Positions 57,064 through 64,000 of a stretch of 64,000 bases of DNA are shown one piece after another (the stretch's first letter is position 1; every line of letters begins with the position of its first letter). Origin of the DNA: a virus; the IMG/VR virus record IMGVR_UViG_3300045988_122188; one strand, 5' to 3'. A program made the position numbers and the translations under genes. The notes below the pieces were generated by a model. It made no database searches, was not told where the DNA came from, and saw only the letters and a list, made by a program, of their open reading frames with translations.

Positions 57064-57297
57064 CTATCTGCAAATAGATCCATCTGCATTGACAAGCTTA
57101 TTTTCCATTTCTGCGTTGTTGTCTGCAATATTGTGTAACACATAATACAGCAGATCATCTTTTTTAGACAATTTTCCAACGCTTTCGGTTAACATTTCCA
57201 TATCTTCTTTATAATCATCTACAAACGTGTCATAGTCCATTCCTAAAGACATATTAAATAAGATGTTTGCGATTCTTTTTGCTTCTTTGTTTTCCAT
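57064..57297 (-). CDS. Hypothetical small protein
   Basis: GGAGAG RBS 8 nt upstream. Confidence 0.4.
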   Translation of the reverse strand: MENKEAKRIANILFNMSLGMDYDTFVDDYKEDMEMLTESVGKLSKKDDLLYYVLHNIADNNAEMENKLVNADGSICR

Positions 57298-57311
57298 AAC
57301 TAATCACTCTC

Positions 57312-57956
57312 CTATTCTTTAATCTCGTTTGCAATGTCGTTTCTTGTTCCTCTGATAGAGCATCCTTCTGTATCATGTCGCATCAGGATCTCGTAAATCT
57401 GTTCCTCCTCTTCCTCTGTTAGAGAAAATCCTCCCCAATATCCATAATCATTCTCTCCGTGACACATAACGATTCCGATAATTTCCTGTTTTGTTTCTGC
57501 ATTCATAATTCTTCCATCCTGTTCTTCTACGTCAATCCATTCTGGTTCTCCATCAATGTAACATCCGCAATCTTCTGCCCCAAACTCTAATTCAGTAGGG
57601 TTAAAAGTGATATTATCCATCATGTATGTTTTAATTTCATTTTTTGTAAGATCTACATTGTATTTTTCTGCAACCGCTGTGTAAAAATCATCAAGTATAT
57701 ACGCATCAGGGTTTTCCATGATACCGCTAATACTAAATTCTTCTGCATAATATTTTCCGTTGATTTCTACGATGTCACGCCATGTGAATTTGTGTTCCTT
57801 AAATTCATTAATAATGTCACTTGCAATCATTCCAATAATCGGCTGTTTTCCGCATTGCTGTCGTTCTAGCTCGCAGTTAACTAATTCCAATACATCAATA
57901 TCCAGTCCGTTCTCTGTTTTTACGATTGCACTATAATAATCTCTATATTTGTTCAT
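57312..57956 (-). CDS. Hypothetical protein, paralog of 58371..58814
   Basis: Shared YRDYY..ITKTxHGLDIDV...FKxHxFTWxDIV.NGK.YxEEF.ISG.M and DCGCYIDGxPEW motifs. Confidence 0.5.
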   Translation of the reverse strand: MNKYRDYYSAIVKTENGLDIDVLELVNCELERQQCGKQPIIGMIASDIINEFKEHKFTWRDIVEINGKYYAEEFSISGIMENPDAYILDDFYTAVAEKYNVDLTKNEIKTYMMDNITFNPTELEFGAEDCGCYIDGEPEWIDVEEQDGRIMNAETKQEIIGIVMCHGENDYGYWGGFSLTEEEEEQIYEILMRHDTEGCSIRGTRNDIANEIKE

Positions 57957-57995
57957 AATTTCCACCTCATATCTTTCTTCCAAATCTGCATTTTA

Positions 57996-58283
57996 TTATC
58001 CGACTAATTCTAAGTATCCAGCCTTCACAAGATCCTCTTTTTGTGATAATGGCTGCGGTACATACTGCATACCCTTTTCTCGATCGTAGTCGTAATACCA
58101 TACACTGTATTCTTCAATCGGTTCCAATATATGGATCGCAAGACTAACTTCCATTACGTTTACCGCCTGAACGCAAGCGTTCTTCATATCTTCTAAACTA
58201 CATAATGTGCTGTATTGTGGTTTTAATTTTTCCACAAAATCTTCAAAGTCTAATCTTTCATACTCTTCTCTGCTAACTTTCAT
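57996..58283 (-). CDS. Hypothetical protein
   Basis: ORF of 95 aa with a GAGGTAAG RBS. Confidence 0.4.
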   Translation of the reverse strand: MKVSREEYERLDFEDFVEKLKPQYSTLCSLEDMKNACVQAVNVMEVSLAIHILEPIEEYSVWYYDYDREKGMQYVPQPLSQKEDLVKAGYLELVG

Positions 58284-58370
58284 TCGTTCTTACCTCGTTT
58301 CTTTCCATTAAAAAAAGGAAGATACATTTCTGCATCTTCCTAGATTACTTTGTTCTTATTTAATTTTCCG

Positions 58371-58814
58371 CTAGTCTATACACCATTCAGGCGTTCCGTC
58401 AATATAGCAACCACAATCTCCGGCAAGAATAATTTCCGTTGGATTTAATGGTATATTATCCATTGTATATGTCTTAATATCCTTCGGACTAACATCATAC
58501 TTCTTTGCTACAGCTTCTAAAAAATCATCAATCTGATATGTATTTTTATCATCCATCAAACCACTAATCATGAACTCTTCTTCATATAATTTTCCATTGA
58601 CTTGTACGATATCTTTCCATGTAAAATGATGTTTCTTGAATTCATTTAAAGTGTCTTTGGCAAACGATTTTCCAAAGCATCCATCTTTGCAATCGCAACT
58701 ACTACAATCTATATAAGAATGATGATTGCAAGTATTATTACATTTGTTTACGTCAATATCTAATCCGTGATCTGTTTTTGTAATTGCATGGTAATAATCT
58801 TTATATCTAAGCAT
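58371..58814 (-). CDS. Hypothetical protein, paralog of 57312..57956, with an extra Cys cluster
   Basis: See the paralog. CNNTCNHHSYIDCSSCDCKDGC insertion. Confidence 0.5.
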   Translation of the reverse strand: MLRYKDYYHAITKTDHGLDIDVNKCNNTCNHHSYIDCSSCDCKDGCFGKSFAKDTLNEFKKHHFTWKDIVQVNGKLYEEEFMISGLMDDKNTYQIDDFLEAVAKKYDVSPKDIKTYTMDNIPLNPTEIILAGDCGCYIDGTPEWCID

Positions 58815-58828
58815 ATTTTCCACCATCC

Positions 58829-59167
58829 TTATTCACATTCTTTCTTTCCGATAAGCTGAATAATGCAACCAAAATCTCCAGCACGATATACTCTAATTTT
58901 GTCTGCCTTATAATCTGCCATCAATCCTACATCGTCATAGATTTTGAGCCATGCCCTGAATCCTGATGATGTTTCAAATTCCATCTCTAAGGTATAGTGA
59001 TCTCCGATCTTTGCGTTCTCATCCACAATATAAGCATTATATCTTCCATCACAACCAAAATTTAAGATATTCGCCTTCAATCCGTCTTTTGTTGTGCCTA
59101 CAAAAATTAAAGCCGCAATATCACTATCCCCAATAAATTCTCTATCGTATTCTTTATATGATTTCAT
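58829..59167 (-). CDS. Hypothetical protein
   Basis: Start reassigned to MKSYKEY after the AGGAAGGTGGAAATT RBS. Confidence 0.4.
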   Translation of the reverse strand: MKSYKEYDREFIGDSDIAALIFVGTTKDGLKANILNFGCDGRYNAYIVDENAKIGDHYTLEMEFETSSGFRAWLKIYDDVGLMADYKADKIRVYRAGDFGCIIQLIGKKECE

Positions 59168-59180
59168 AATTTCCACCTTC

Positions 59181-59660
59181 CTATTCTTCATAATTTTCTA
59201 AATCCCAATGTTCTTTTAAAAGCTGGATCACAAACTCAGGATATCCCATAAAGTAATACCATTCATAAGATTCTTCTATCTGATCTAGTTCTTCTCTAGT
59301 AAGATCTTCACAATATTCTTCATTATATCCGTTTTCGTCTGCCCACGTTTCAAAATCCATTGCCGTTTTCTGAAAATCTTTAACCTTATCACTAATCCGT
59401 TGCAAGTCGTTCTCTTCAATCGTGATTAAAGGTTTTCCATAATCATCGTAAAGATCTTCCCACAAATCATTATTCCATTGGATCTTTGGTTCGTGCTGGA
59501 TATAAATGTTTGTTAATCCGTTTACATTCAATCCCGTTGTAGCTACTAATTTTCCAGTTTCTTTTTCTACGCCATAAAACATTCCCGGTTTTACACAAAA
59601 TCCACCGTAAGAGGCGTGTCTAAAATGTTCAGGCAAGATCAGTTCTTTGAACTCGTACAT
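59181..59660 (-). CDS. Hypothetical protein
   Basis: Start reassigned to MYEFKEL (RBS AGAAGGAAATT). The longest ORF would overlap the tRNA-like fragment. Confidence 0.4.
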   Translation of the reverse strand: MYEFKELILPEHFRHASYGGFCVKPGMFYGVEKETGKLVATTGLNVNGLTNIYIQHEPKIQWNNDLWEDLYDDYGKPLITIEENDLQRISDKVKDFQKTAMDFETWADENGYNEEYCEDLTREELDQIEESYEWYYFMGYPEFVIQLLKEHWDLENYEE

Positions 59661-59739
59661 AATTTCCTTCTTTCTGCCTATCAGGACTTTAAATATTAAT
59701 AGTTTTCCTTTATTATACACGATAATTTCCATCGTGAAA

Positions 59740-59824
59740 AGTGACGGGATAGGAATCGAACCCACCGATAAAAGCACTCTTTTATCTACCATACGCCACC
59801 GTTTTTCCGTTCCAATACGTCACT
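59740..59824 (-). other. tRNA-like fragment: canonical T-loop GGTTCGATTCC flanked by a 7-nt inverted repeat AGTGACG/CGTCACT. It does not fold into a full cloverleaf
   Basis: Read directly. The D and anticodon arms could not be reconstructed. It may be a tRNA remnant or an att-like core. Confidence 0.3.
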
Positions 59825-59935
59825 ACCATCAACCAGTAGTACAGTCTTTCCGTTCATATAAAGTAACTATTAGCTTCAATAGTCGAGTCTTTCCGTTATG
59901 GTGTATACTCATATCATCATGAGTAGTAAAAGCCT

Positions 59936-60184
59936 TTAATTGGCTATGTAACTAAATAATTCTGACGGATCTTCTTTTAAAATTTCCGTCATGCCGTTAA
60001 TTGCTTCTTCTTGCGTTCTGTATTTCCGAAAAATTCCGAACGTGTTCTTGAATAATAAGAAGTATTTGTAACCATGTAAGCTATCATCAATTCCAGCGTT
60101 CGGAGGATTTTCCGTAAAGTATAACGTGTGATACTTGCGTTCTACGTGACACGCTAATGATTCCATAGTTGTTCTGCGACTCAT
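59936..60184 (-). CDS. Hypothetical protein
   Basis: Start reassigned to MSRRTT after the AGGTGGAAAGA RBS. Confidence 0.35.
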   Translation of the reverse strand: MSRRTTMESLACHVERKYHTLYFTENPPNAGIDDSLHGYKYFLLFKNTFGIFRKYRTQEEAINGMTEILKEDPSELFSYIAN

Positions 60185-60200
60185 TCTTTCCACCTACTTT

Positions 60201-60389
60201 CTAATCTTCTTTATATTTAAAATAAACGTCTACATTGTTCTTATCATCGTGGCTCCAACTAGATCCAACGTATTTTCCACTCATACCACAATCTTCTAAA
60301 TCGTACTCACAACATAAGTCATTGTATTCATCGGGCGTATTACAAAAAATTTCTGTTCTACCATCTGTATAAGTGTTTCTTACGATCAT
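60201..60389 (-). CDS. Hypothetical small protein
   Basis: Start reassigned to MIVRNTY. Confidence 0.35.
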   Translation of the reverse strand: MIVRNTYTDGRTEIFCNTPDEYNDLCCEYDLEDCGMSGKYVGSSWSHDDKNNVDVYFKYKED

Positions 60390-60398
60390 AATTTCCAC

Positions 60399-60857
60399 CT
60401 ACTTTCTTGTATTTAACATTTTCTTTCTAAAATCTTTTATTTGTTCCATCGTTAACCATTTAGGTTTTTGTTCGTCTGTAAATGAATTCCATATTTTTTC
60501 CATCTCATCGCAATGTTTTTCAATGCTTTCTTTATATAAGTATTTCTTACAACCGTTTCCATTTCTTAAGAAGTATTCGCAATCTGCTTTTAATCTACTT
60601 AGAAACTGATAATCACGTTCTCTAAGATTCCTTGAAAATGGTTTATCGCATTTGATTTCTTGCATTACTGACTGATTTGGTTCACCACAAATATCTCCAA
60701 GTTCATCCATGTAAGCACCAGTGTATAAGTCAAGTCCATTTTTCCCATCGTTTATGTCAAAATATAGCTTTTCGTTTTCATCTTTATAGCATGGATATTC
60801 CATAAATCCACCACCAAAACCGACGAATTTTACTGTTAATGTATTTGTATTTTCCAT
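60399..60857 (-). CDS. Hypothetical protein
   Basis: ORF of 152 aa with a GGCGGTGGAAAC RBS. Confidence 0.45.
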   Translation of the reverse strand: MENTNTLTVKFVGFGGGFMEYPCYKDENEKLYFDINDGKNGLDLYTGAYMDELGDICGEPNQSVMQEIKCDKPFSRNLRERDYQFLSRLKADCEYFLRNGNGCKKYLYKESIEKHCDEMEKIWNSFTDEQKPKWLTMEQIKDFRKKMLNTRK

Positions 60858-60872
60858 GTTTCCACCGCCCTT

Positions 60873-61145
60873 CTATAATCTTTCCATCAGTTCTACGGCT
60901 AAGATATACGCTACATACTTCCATACGTTCACATATCCGTTTAGATCTTCCAGCTTGCATTGTAATACCGTATGGATCATTCCATCGCAGAAGCCCTTGC
61001 TTTTAAGTTCTGCGATAAGATCTTTCTTTGCGATCGGTGGCAAGGCTGCGACTCTGATTTTTCCAATGTCAAAAGTGTTACGTTCTTCCTTTTCCACTGT
61101 CTGAATCACTACCATGTTTGTTCTTGTCATCTTTAAAATTTCCAT
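60873..61145 (-). CDS. Hypothetical protein
   Basis: Start reassigned to MEILKM. Confidence 0.4.
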   Translation of the reverse strand: MEILKMTRTNMVVIQTVEKEERNTFDIGKIRVAALPPIAKKDLIAELKSKGFCDGMIHTVLQCKLEDLNGYVNVWKYVAYILAVELMERL

Positions 61146-61155
61146 AATTATTCTC

Positions 61156-61392
61156 CTATTCTTCCTCATCTTCTATACATTCGCCACAATCTATTGCTTC
61201 ATCTTTACAAGCATACAATATACCGCCAAATCCACAGTTACACTCCCAATCCTCAAACAATTCCTGGATAGAATCTCCATCGTTCATAAAATATCTGTCC
61301 ATAGATTCCATTAAATCTTTTAATGAAAAACCGTGATCAATCATCCATTGTAACTGATACTGTTCATAAGTTTGTTTCTTTGAAATTTCCAT
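61156..61392 (-). CDS. Small Cys-rich acidic protein
   Basis: CNCGFGGILYACKDEAIDCGECIEDEEE. Confidence 0.4.
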   Translation of the reverse strand: MEISKKQTYEQYQLQWMIDHGFSLKDLMESMDRYFMNDGDSIQELFEDWECNCGFGGILYACKDEAIDCGECIEDEEE

Positions 61393-61409
61393 TTTGTGTA
61401 CCTTCCTTT

Positions 61410-61715
61410 TTATAAATCATTTCTTAATGTTGTTAAATTCCATTCAATAAATGACGAATCATCGTTTACTTGTTCAATACGTGCAAAACTTCCATCATCG
61501 GATATATCGACAAATAATCCATAATCACTATAATCCTTTTCAGAAACACTCATATCAATTTCCAATTCTCTACATTCTATGTTCAATTCATCCTGATATT
61601 GTTTTCTAATAAATGCAACCGCTTCTTCTTCTGTACTAAAAACATAAAGCGGTGAATCACAATCAAAACTGTAATAAACAGATACAAAGTATAAATCTTT
61701 TAAGTTCTTTTCCAT
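61410..61715 (-). CDS. Hypothetical protein
   Basis: Start reassigned to MEKNLKD (RBS AGGAGG). Confidence 0.4.
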   Translation of the reverse strand: MEKNLKDLYFVSVYYSFDCDSPLYVFSTEEEAVAFIRKQYQDELNIECRELEIDMSVSEKDYSDYGLFVDISDDGSFARIEQVNDDSSFIEWNLTTLRNDL

Positions 61716-61732
61716 TCTATCGTTCCTCCTGG

Positions 61733-61948
61733 TTATTTCCACCAATTTTTATATACTTCTATAATGTCATCAGAATTATTTTCAAAATCTTTTCCATGCT
61801 TATAGATTGATATATCAGTTGCTTTAATCTCATCACTATGTAACCACTTCATAGTTTCTCTAAGTTGTTCATACCCGTAAACTTCATAGCTATCCCTATA
61901 CCCATTCTTATCTTCATAATAGATAAGATACGTTGCACGATGATTCAT
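61733..61948 (-). CDS. Hypothetical small protein
   Basis: AGGAGGATGGAAGA RBS. Confidence 0.4.
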   Translation of the reverse strand: MNHRATYLIYYEDKNGYRDSYEVYGYEQLRETMKWLHSDEIKATDISIYKHGKDFENNSDDIIEVYKNWWK

Positions 61949-61962
61949 AATCTTCCATCCTC

Positions 61963-62196
61963 CTATGCCGTAATCAGTTCATAATCTTCCAGTAGCTCCA
62001 TCAGGTTTGCTTTTTTCCATCTATGCAACACTCGATCACCCGTTTCATTTCTAATCGGTTTGGCAAGCTGATTCCCATTGTGATCTTTCTTCCATTGCAT
62101 AAATTGTTTAACTGAATTGTGATAATGTCCATCGTTGTGGACTTCTATGTATTTGTTCTCATTCCTTTTGTTTCTGTATATAGTAATCGTTGTCAT
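61963..62196 (-). CDS. Hypothetical small protein
   Basis: AAGGAAGGAG RBS. Confidence 0.4.
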   Translation of the reverse strand: MTTITIYRNKRNENKYIEVHNDGHYHNSVKQFMQWKKDHNGNQLAKPIRNETGDRVLHRWKKANLMELLEDYELITA

Positions 62197-62200
62197 AGTT

Positions 62201-62485
62201 TTACACTCCTTCCTTAACTTCCATTGCCATCCAATCAGCTTTCTTGATCTTTTCCATACCGTGGAACACTAAGAAGCCGTTTACATGGTTCATAGTTGTT
62301 GGGCTGTAATCGTTCCACAATCGGATAAGTTTTCCGTTGACTAACTTACAGACAATAGTTTCATATGATTTAAGCTCGTAACCATTGTCGATAACTCTTT
62401 CTTTTGCTTTACCGTAAAAACTCTTTCTTCCAGTAAGACAAGGAATATCATAAAATCCAGTGTACATTGTATTTTCTTTTCTCAT
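62201..62485 (-). CDS. Hypothetical protein
   Basis: Start reassigned to MRKENTMY (RBS GAAAGAAGG). Confidence 0.35.
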   Translation of the reverse strand: MRKENTMYTGFYDIPCLTGRKSFYGKAKERVIDNGYELKSYETIVCKLVNGKLIRLWNDYSPTTMNHVNGFLVFHGMEKIKKADWMAMEVKEGV

Positions 62486-62501
62486 AGTTCTAACCTTCTT
62501 T

Positions 62502-63110
62502 CTATCTGATTTTTCCATTATCTGCGATCGCTTCTACGTCATCACAGTAACTATTACAAGGATTCCATACACAATAGCTTGTTACGTGCTTTCCTTTTCT
62601 TACACGTTTGTTATACGCAAGGTAGTAACCTTTTCCATACGTTCCATGTTTACCTCCGGCAGAAACACTTTTAATAATTTCCACATAAATCGTATGCTTT
62701 ACAGCACGTTCACGAATCATTTTATCGGTTAATTTTCCAGTGCTGATATACTTTACTCTATAGGCTTTTAAGTCGTACTCGTGGCGTATATAATCGTTTA
62801 CAAGCTGGATGTTTTTATTCTTTGCATTGATCTTTACAATAGAATCATCGAGCTTGTTTTTTGTTCTATGAGTGTTAAATTTTACAATGACAACGGTAGT
62901 CCCTGGATAGGCATATGATTCCTTGCGAACTTTCCAGCAATAACCATCTGCCGTATCAATTGTACCGTCACTGTTATAAATGCCGTTTATCGTTCTGTAC
63001 GTGCTTCTTTTTGTCTTTGCGTGTACAGTATTTCCAAAGATTAAAAAAGCCGTAAACATGAGTGCTACAGCTAATAGGATCTTGATTGTTTTGTTCTGTT
63101 TTGTTCTCAT
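62502..63110 (-). CDS. Secreted or membrane-anchored protein
   Basis: Signal peptide or TM segment MRTKQNKTIKILLAVALMFTAFLIFGNTVHA. Start reassigned after a GAAAGAAGG RBS. Confidence 0.45.
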   Translation of the reverse strand: MRTKQNKTIKILLAVALMFTAFLIFGNTVHAKTKRSTYRTINGIYNSDGTIDTADGYCWKVRKESYAYPGTTVVIVKFNTHRTKNKLDDSIVKINAKNKNIQLVNDYIRHEYDLKAYRVKYISTGKLTDKMIRERAVKHTIYVEIIKSVSAGGKHGTYGKGYYLAYNKRVRKGKHVTSYCVWNPCNSYCDDVEAIADNGKIR

Positions 63111-63129
63111 TGTGTGTTTACCTTCTTTC

Positions 63130-63525
63130 TTAATATTCAAAATTCGGAAATAGTTCGTATAAATCTTCTTCATCTATGTATTTTCCATTAATTGTGATAC
63201 TAACGGCATAGGATACAAAATATTTTCCATTATCATCTTCTAAACCATCATCATCTTCTTGTTTCCAAAAAGAAAAGCAACTACCACAAATACAAATATC
63301 TTTTGCTTCTAAATTGTTAATAAAATGCTGATTGATTTCATTAAGAACGAATTGTTCAAAATTGAAATTTTCCGCTTTTGCTAATGTGGATTTTCCCGTT
63401 AACCAGTCTGCATCTTTTCCACGTAAAGGATCAATAAGTTCTCCATGTTCATTCTCTTGAAATATGTCGGCAGAAATCCCATGCAATTTAATTGTGTCAA
63501 GTTCTCTATATTTTTCAAAATTCAT
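63130..63525 (-). CDS. Hypothetical protein
   Basis: Start reassigned to MNFEKY. Confidence 0.4.
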   Translation of the reverse strand: MNFEKYRELDTIKLHGISADIFQENEHGELIDPLRGKDADWLTGKSTLAKAENFNFEQFVLNEINQHFINNLEAKDICICGSCFSFWKQEDDDGLEDDNGKYFVSYAVSITINGKYIDEEDLYELFPNFEY

Positions 63526-63543
63526 AATCATTTACCTTCTTTC

Positions 63544-63735
63544 TTATTCTGTATCTGTATCATCATCAAAAAATCCAACGCAAGCAAGCATATAGACAGC
63601 GGTAATCATTACCAACAACGCTTCTAATATAAAGGCTTGCGGGATCTTTATAAACGCAATAATAGCCATTGCAATTCCTACAATCGCAACGGCTATATCT
63701 ATCGGTTGTGGTTTATGTAATTGTATTTTTTCCAT
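63544..63735 (-). CDS. Small membrane protein
   Basis: TM helices IAVAIVGIAMAIIAFI and LLVMITAVYMLACVGFF. AGGAGGAGG RBS. Confidence 0.45.
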   Translation of the reverse strand: MEKIQLHKPQPIDIAVAIVGIAMAIIAFIKIPQAFILEALLVMITAVYMLACVGFFDDDTDTE

Positions 63736-63750
63736 TGTTCTTTCCTCCTC

Positions 63751-64000
63751 CTACTCGTCAACTCTTTCTATCATAAAATTACCACCGTGATATAAGTTCA
63801 GTCCGTGATTTCCACCAGTGATATACATATCATCAGTGATCCCATCACGTTCTATATCTTCATCTGAAACAAATACGCCCATATTTCCATTAGATTCTAG
63901 TTGATCGATCGCAAGATCTAAGATTGCACCATAATTCGTTGTAGGTTCGTCAACTGTTACAAGTTCGCTGAAATAACCAAAAATCACTTTATATTTTGTC
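63751..64000 (-). CDS. Hypothetical protein; probably extends beyond the window end
   Basis: The frame stays open upstream of the listed ATG as far as the window edge, and the ATG has no RBS. Confidence 0.3.
   Translation of the reverse strand, partial: TKYKVIFGYFSELVTVDEPTTNYGAILDLAIDQLESNGNMGVFVSDEDIERDGITDDMYITGGNHGLNLYHGGNFMIERVDE

Noticed and set aside
59740-59824. Calling a complete tRNA gene here
   Set aside because: Only the T-loop consensus and a possible acceptor pairing are present. The D and anticodon arms cannot be formed, so it is kept as a tRNA-like fragment with low confidence.
56181-61745. An apparent family of more than ten small proteins all starting Met-Glu-Ile (MEIYM, MEIIM, MEIMN, MEIMI, MEILK and so on)
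   Set aside because: The shared ATGGAAAT is part of a conserved ribosome-binding context (AGGAAGG/GGTGG + ATGGAAAT(T) + ATG). In most cases the true start is the second ATG 6-12 nt downstream. This is an artefact of longest-ORF calling, not a protein family. The starts were adjusted accordingly.
1-64000. CRISPR arrays, rRNA genes, IS/transposase genes
   Set aside because: No regularly spaced direct repeats, rRNA-like segments or transposase motifs were seen anywhere in the window.

Overview
This AT-rich (~30% GC) window is almost entirely coding on the minus strand. Only one confident gene, a small XRE-type HTH regulator at 29995..30198, lies on the plus strand. The content is the non-structural part of a large temperate phage or prophage of a low-GC Gram-positive host; there are no capsid, tail or terminase genes in the 64 kb. 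Host assignment rests on strong GGAGG/GGTGG Shine-Dalgarno sites and on EndoA-like and Bacillus-like replication proteins.

- **0-15 kb: replication module.** NAD-dependent DNA ligase (5'-truncated at the window edge), a secreted 3D-domain protein, a RecD-like helicase, a DnaE-type Pol III alpha, a RecJ-like DHH protein, a Toprim primase, a DnaB-like helicase, a Sak4-like RecA ATPase and an SSB-like protein.
- **15-29 kb: early or accessory genes.** Two paralogous sigma factors, several tandem paralog pairs, and a PcfJ-like protein. Also a DRTase-like protein, a Pol-beta NTase with a HigA-like HTH, a DHH/DHHA1 NrnA-like phosphoesterase, a CCA/poly(A)-polymerase-head NTase and a membrane J-domain protein.
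- **29.8-30.4 kb: switch region.** Divergent promoters, the HTH regulator, a strong terminator, and a tRNA-like gene whose anticodon loop carries a ~74-nt insertion.
- **30.5-36.8 kb: membrane and NAD block.** A PspA-like protein and an SPFH/flotillin, followed by a four-gene NAD island (NadE, NAMPT/Namat-like, Prs/Adps-like, PncA). This is interpreted as a NARP-like NAD+ reconstitution, anti-depletion system that matches the NAD-dependent ligase.
- **37-64 kb: lysogeny and accessory genes.** Mostly hypothetical genes, plus a solo MazF/EndoA-like toxin and two tyrosine-recombinase-like genes, one canonical and one degenerate. Also a metallophosphoesterase, a replisome-organizer-like protein, two Bro-N/antirepressor-like proteins, and many small genes with near-identical ribosome-binding sites.

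Non-coding signals include a promoter motif found three times (TTGACA-N17 containing GTGCAAGAAGT, with an inverted repeat over the -35 box), probably one repressor regulon. There are also two plus-strand mini transcription units sharing the extended -10 ATTGTTATAAT, an array of operator-like CTAATAG half-sites, and several intrinsic terminators.
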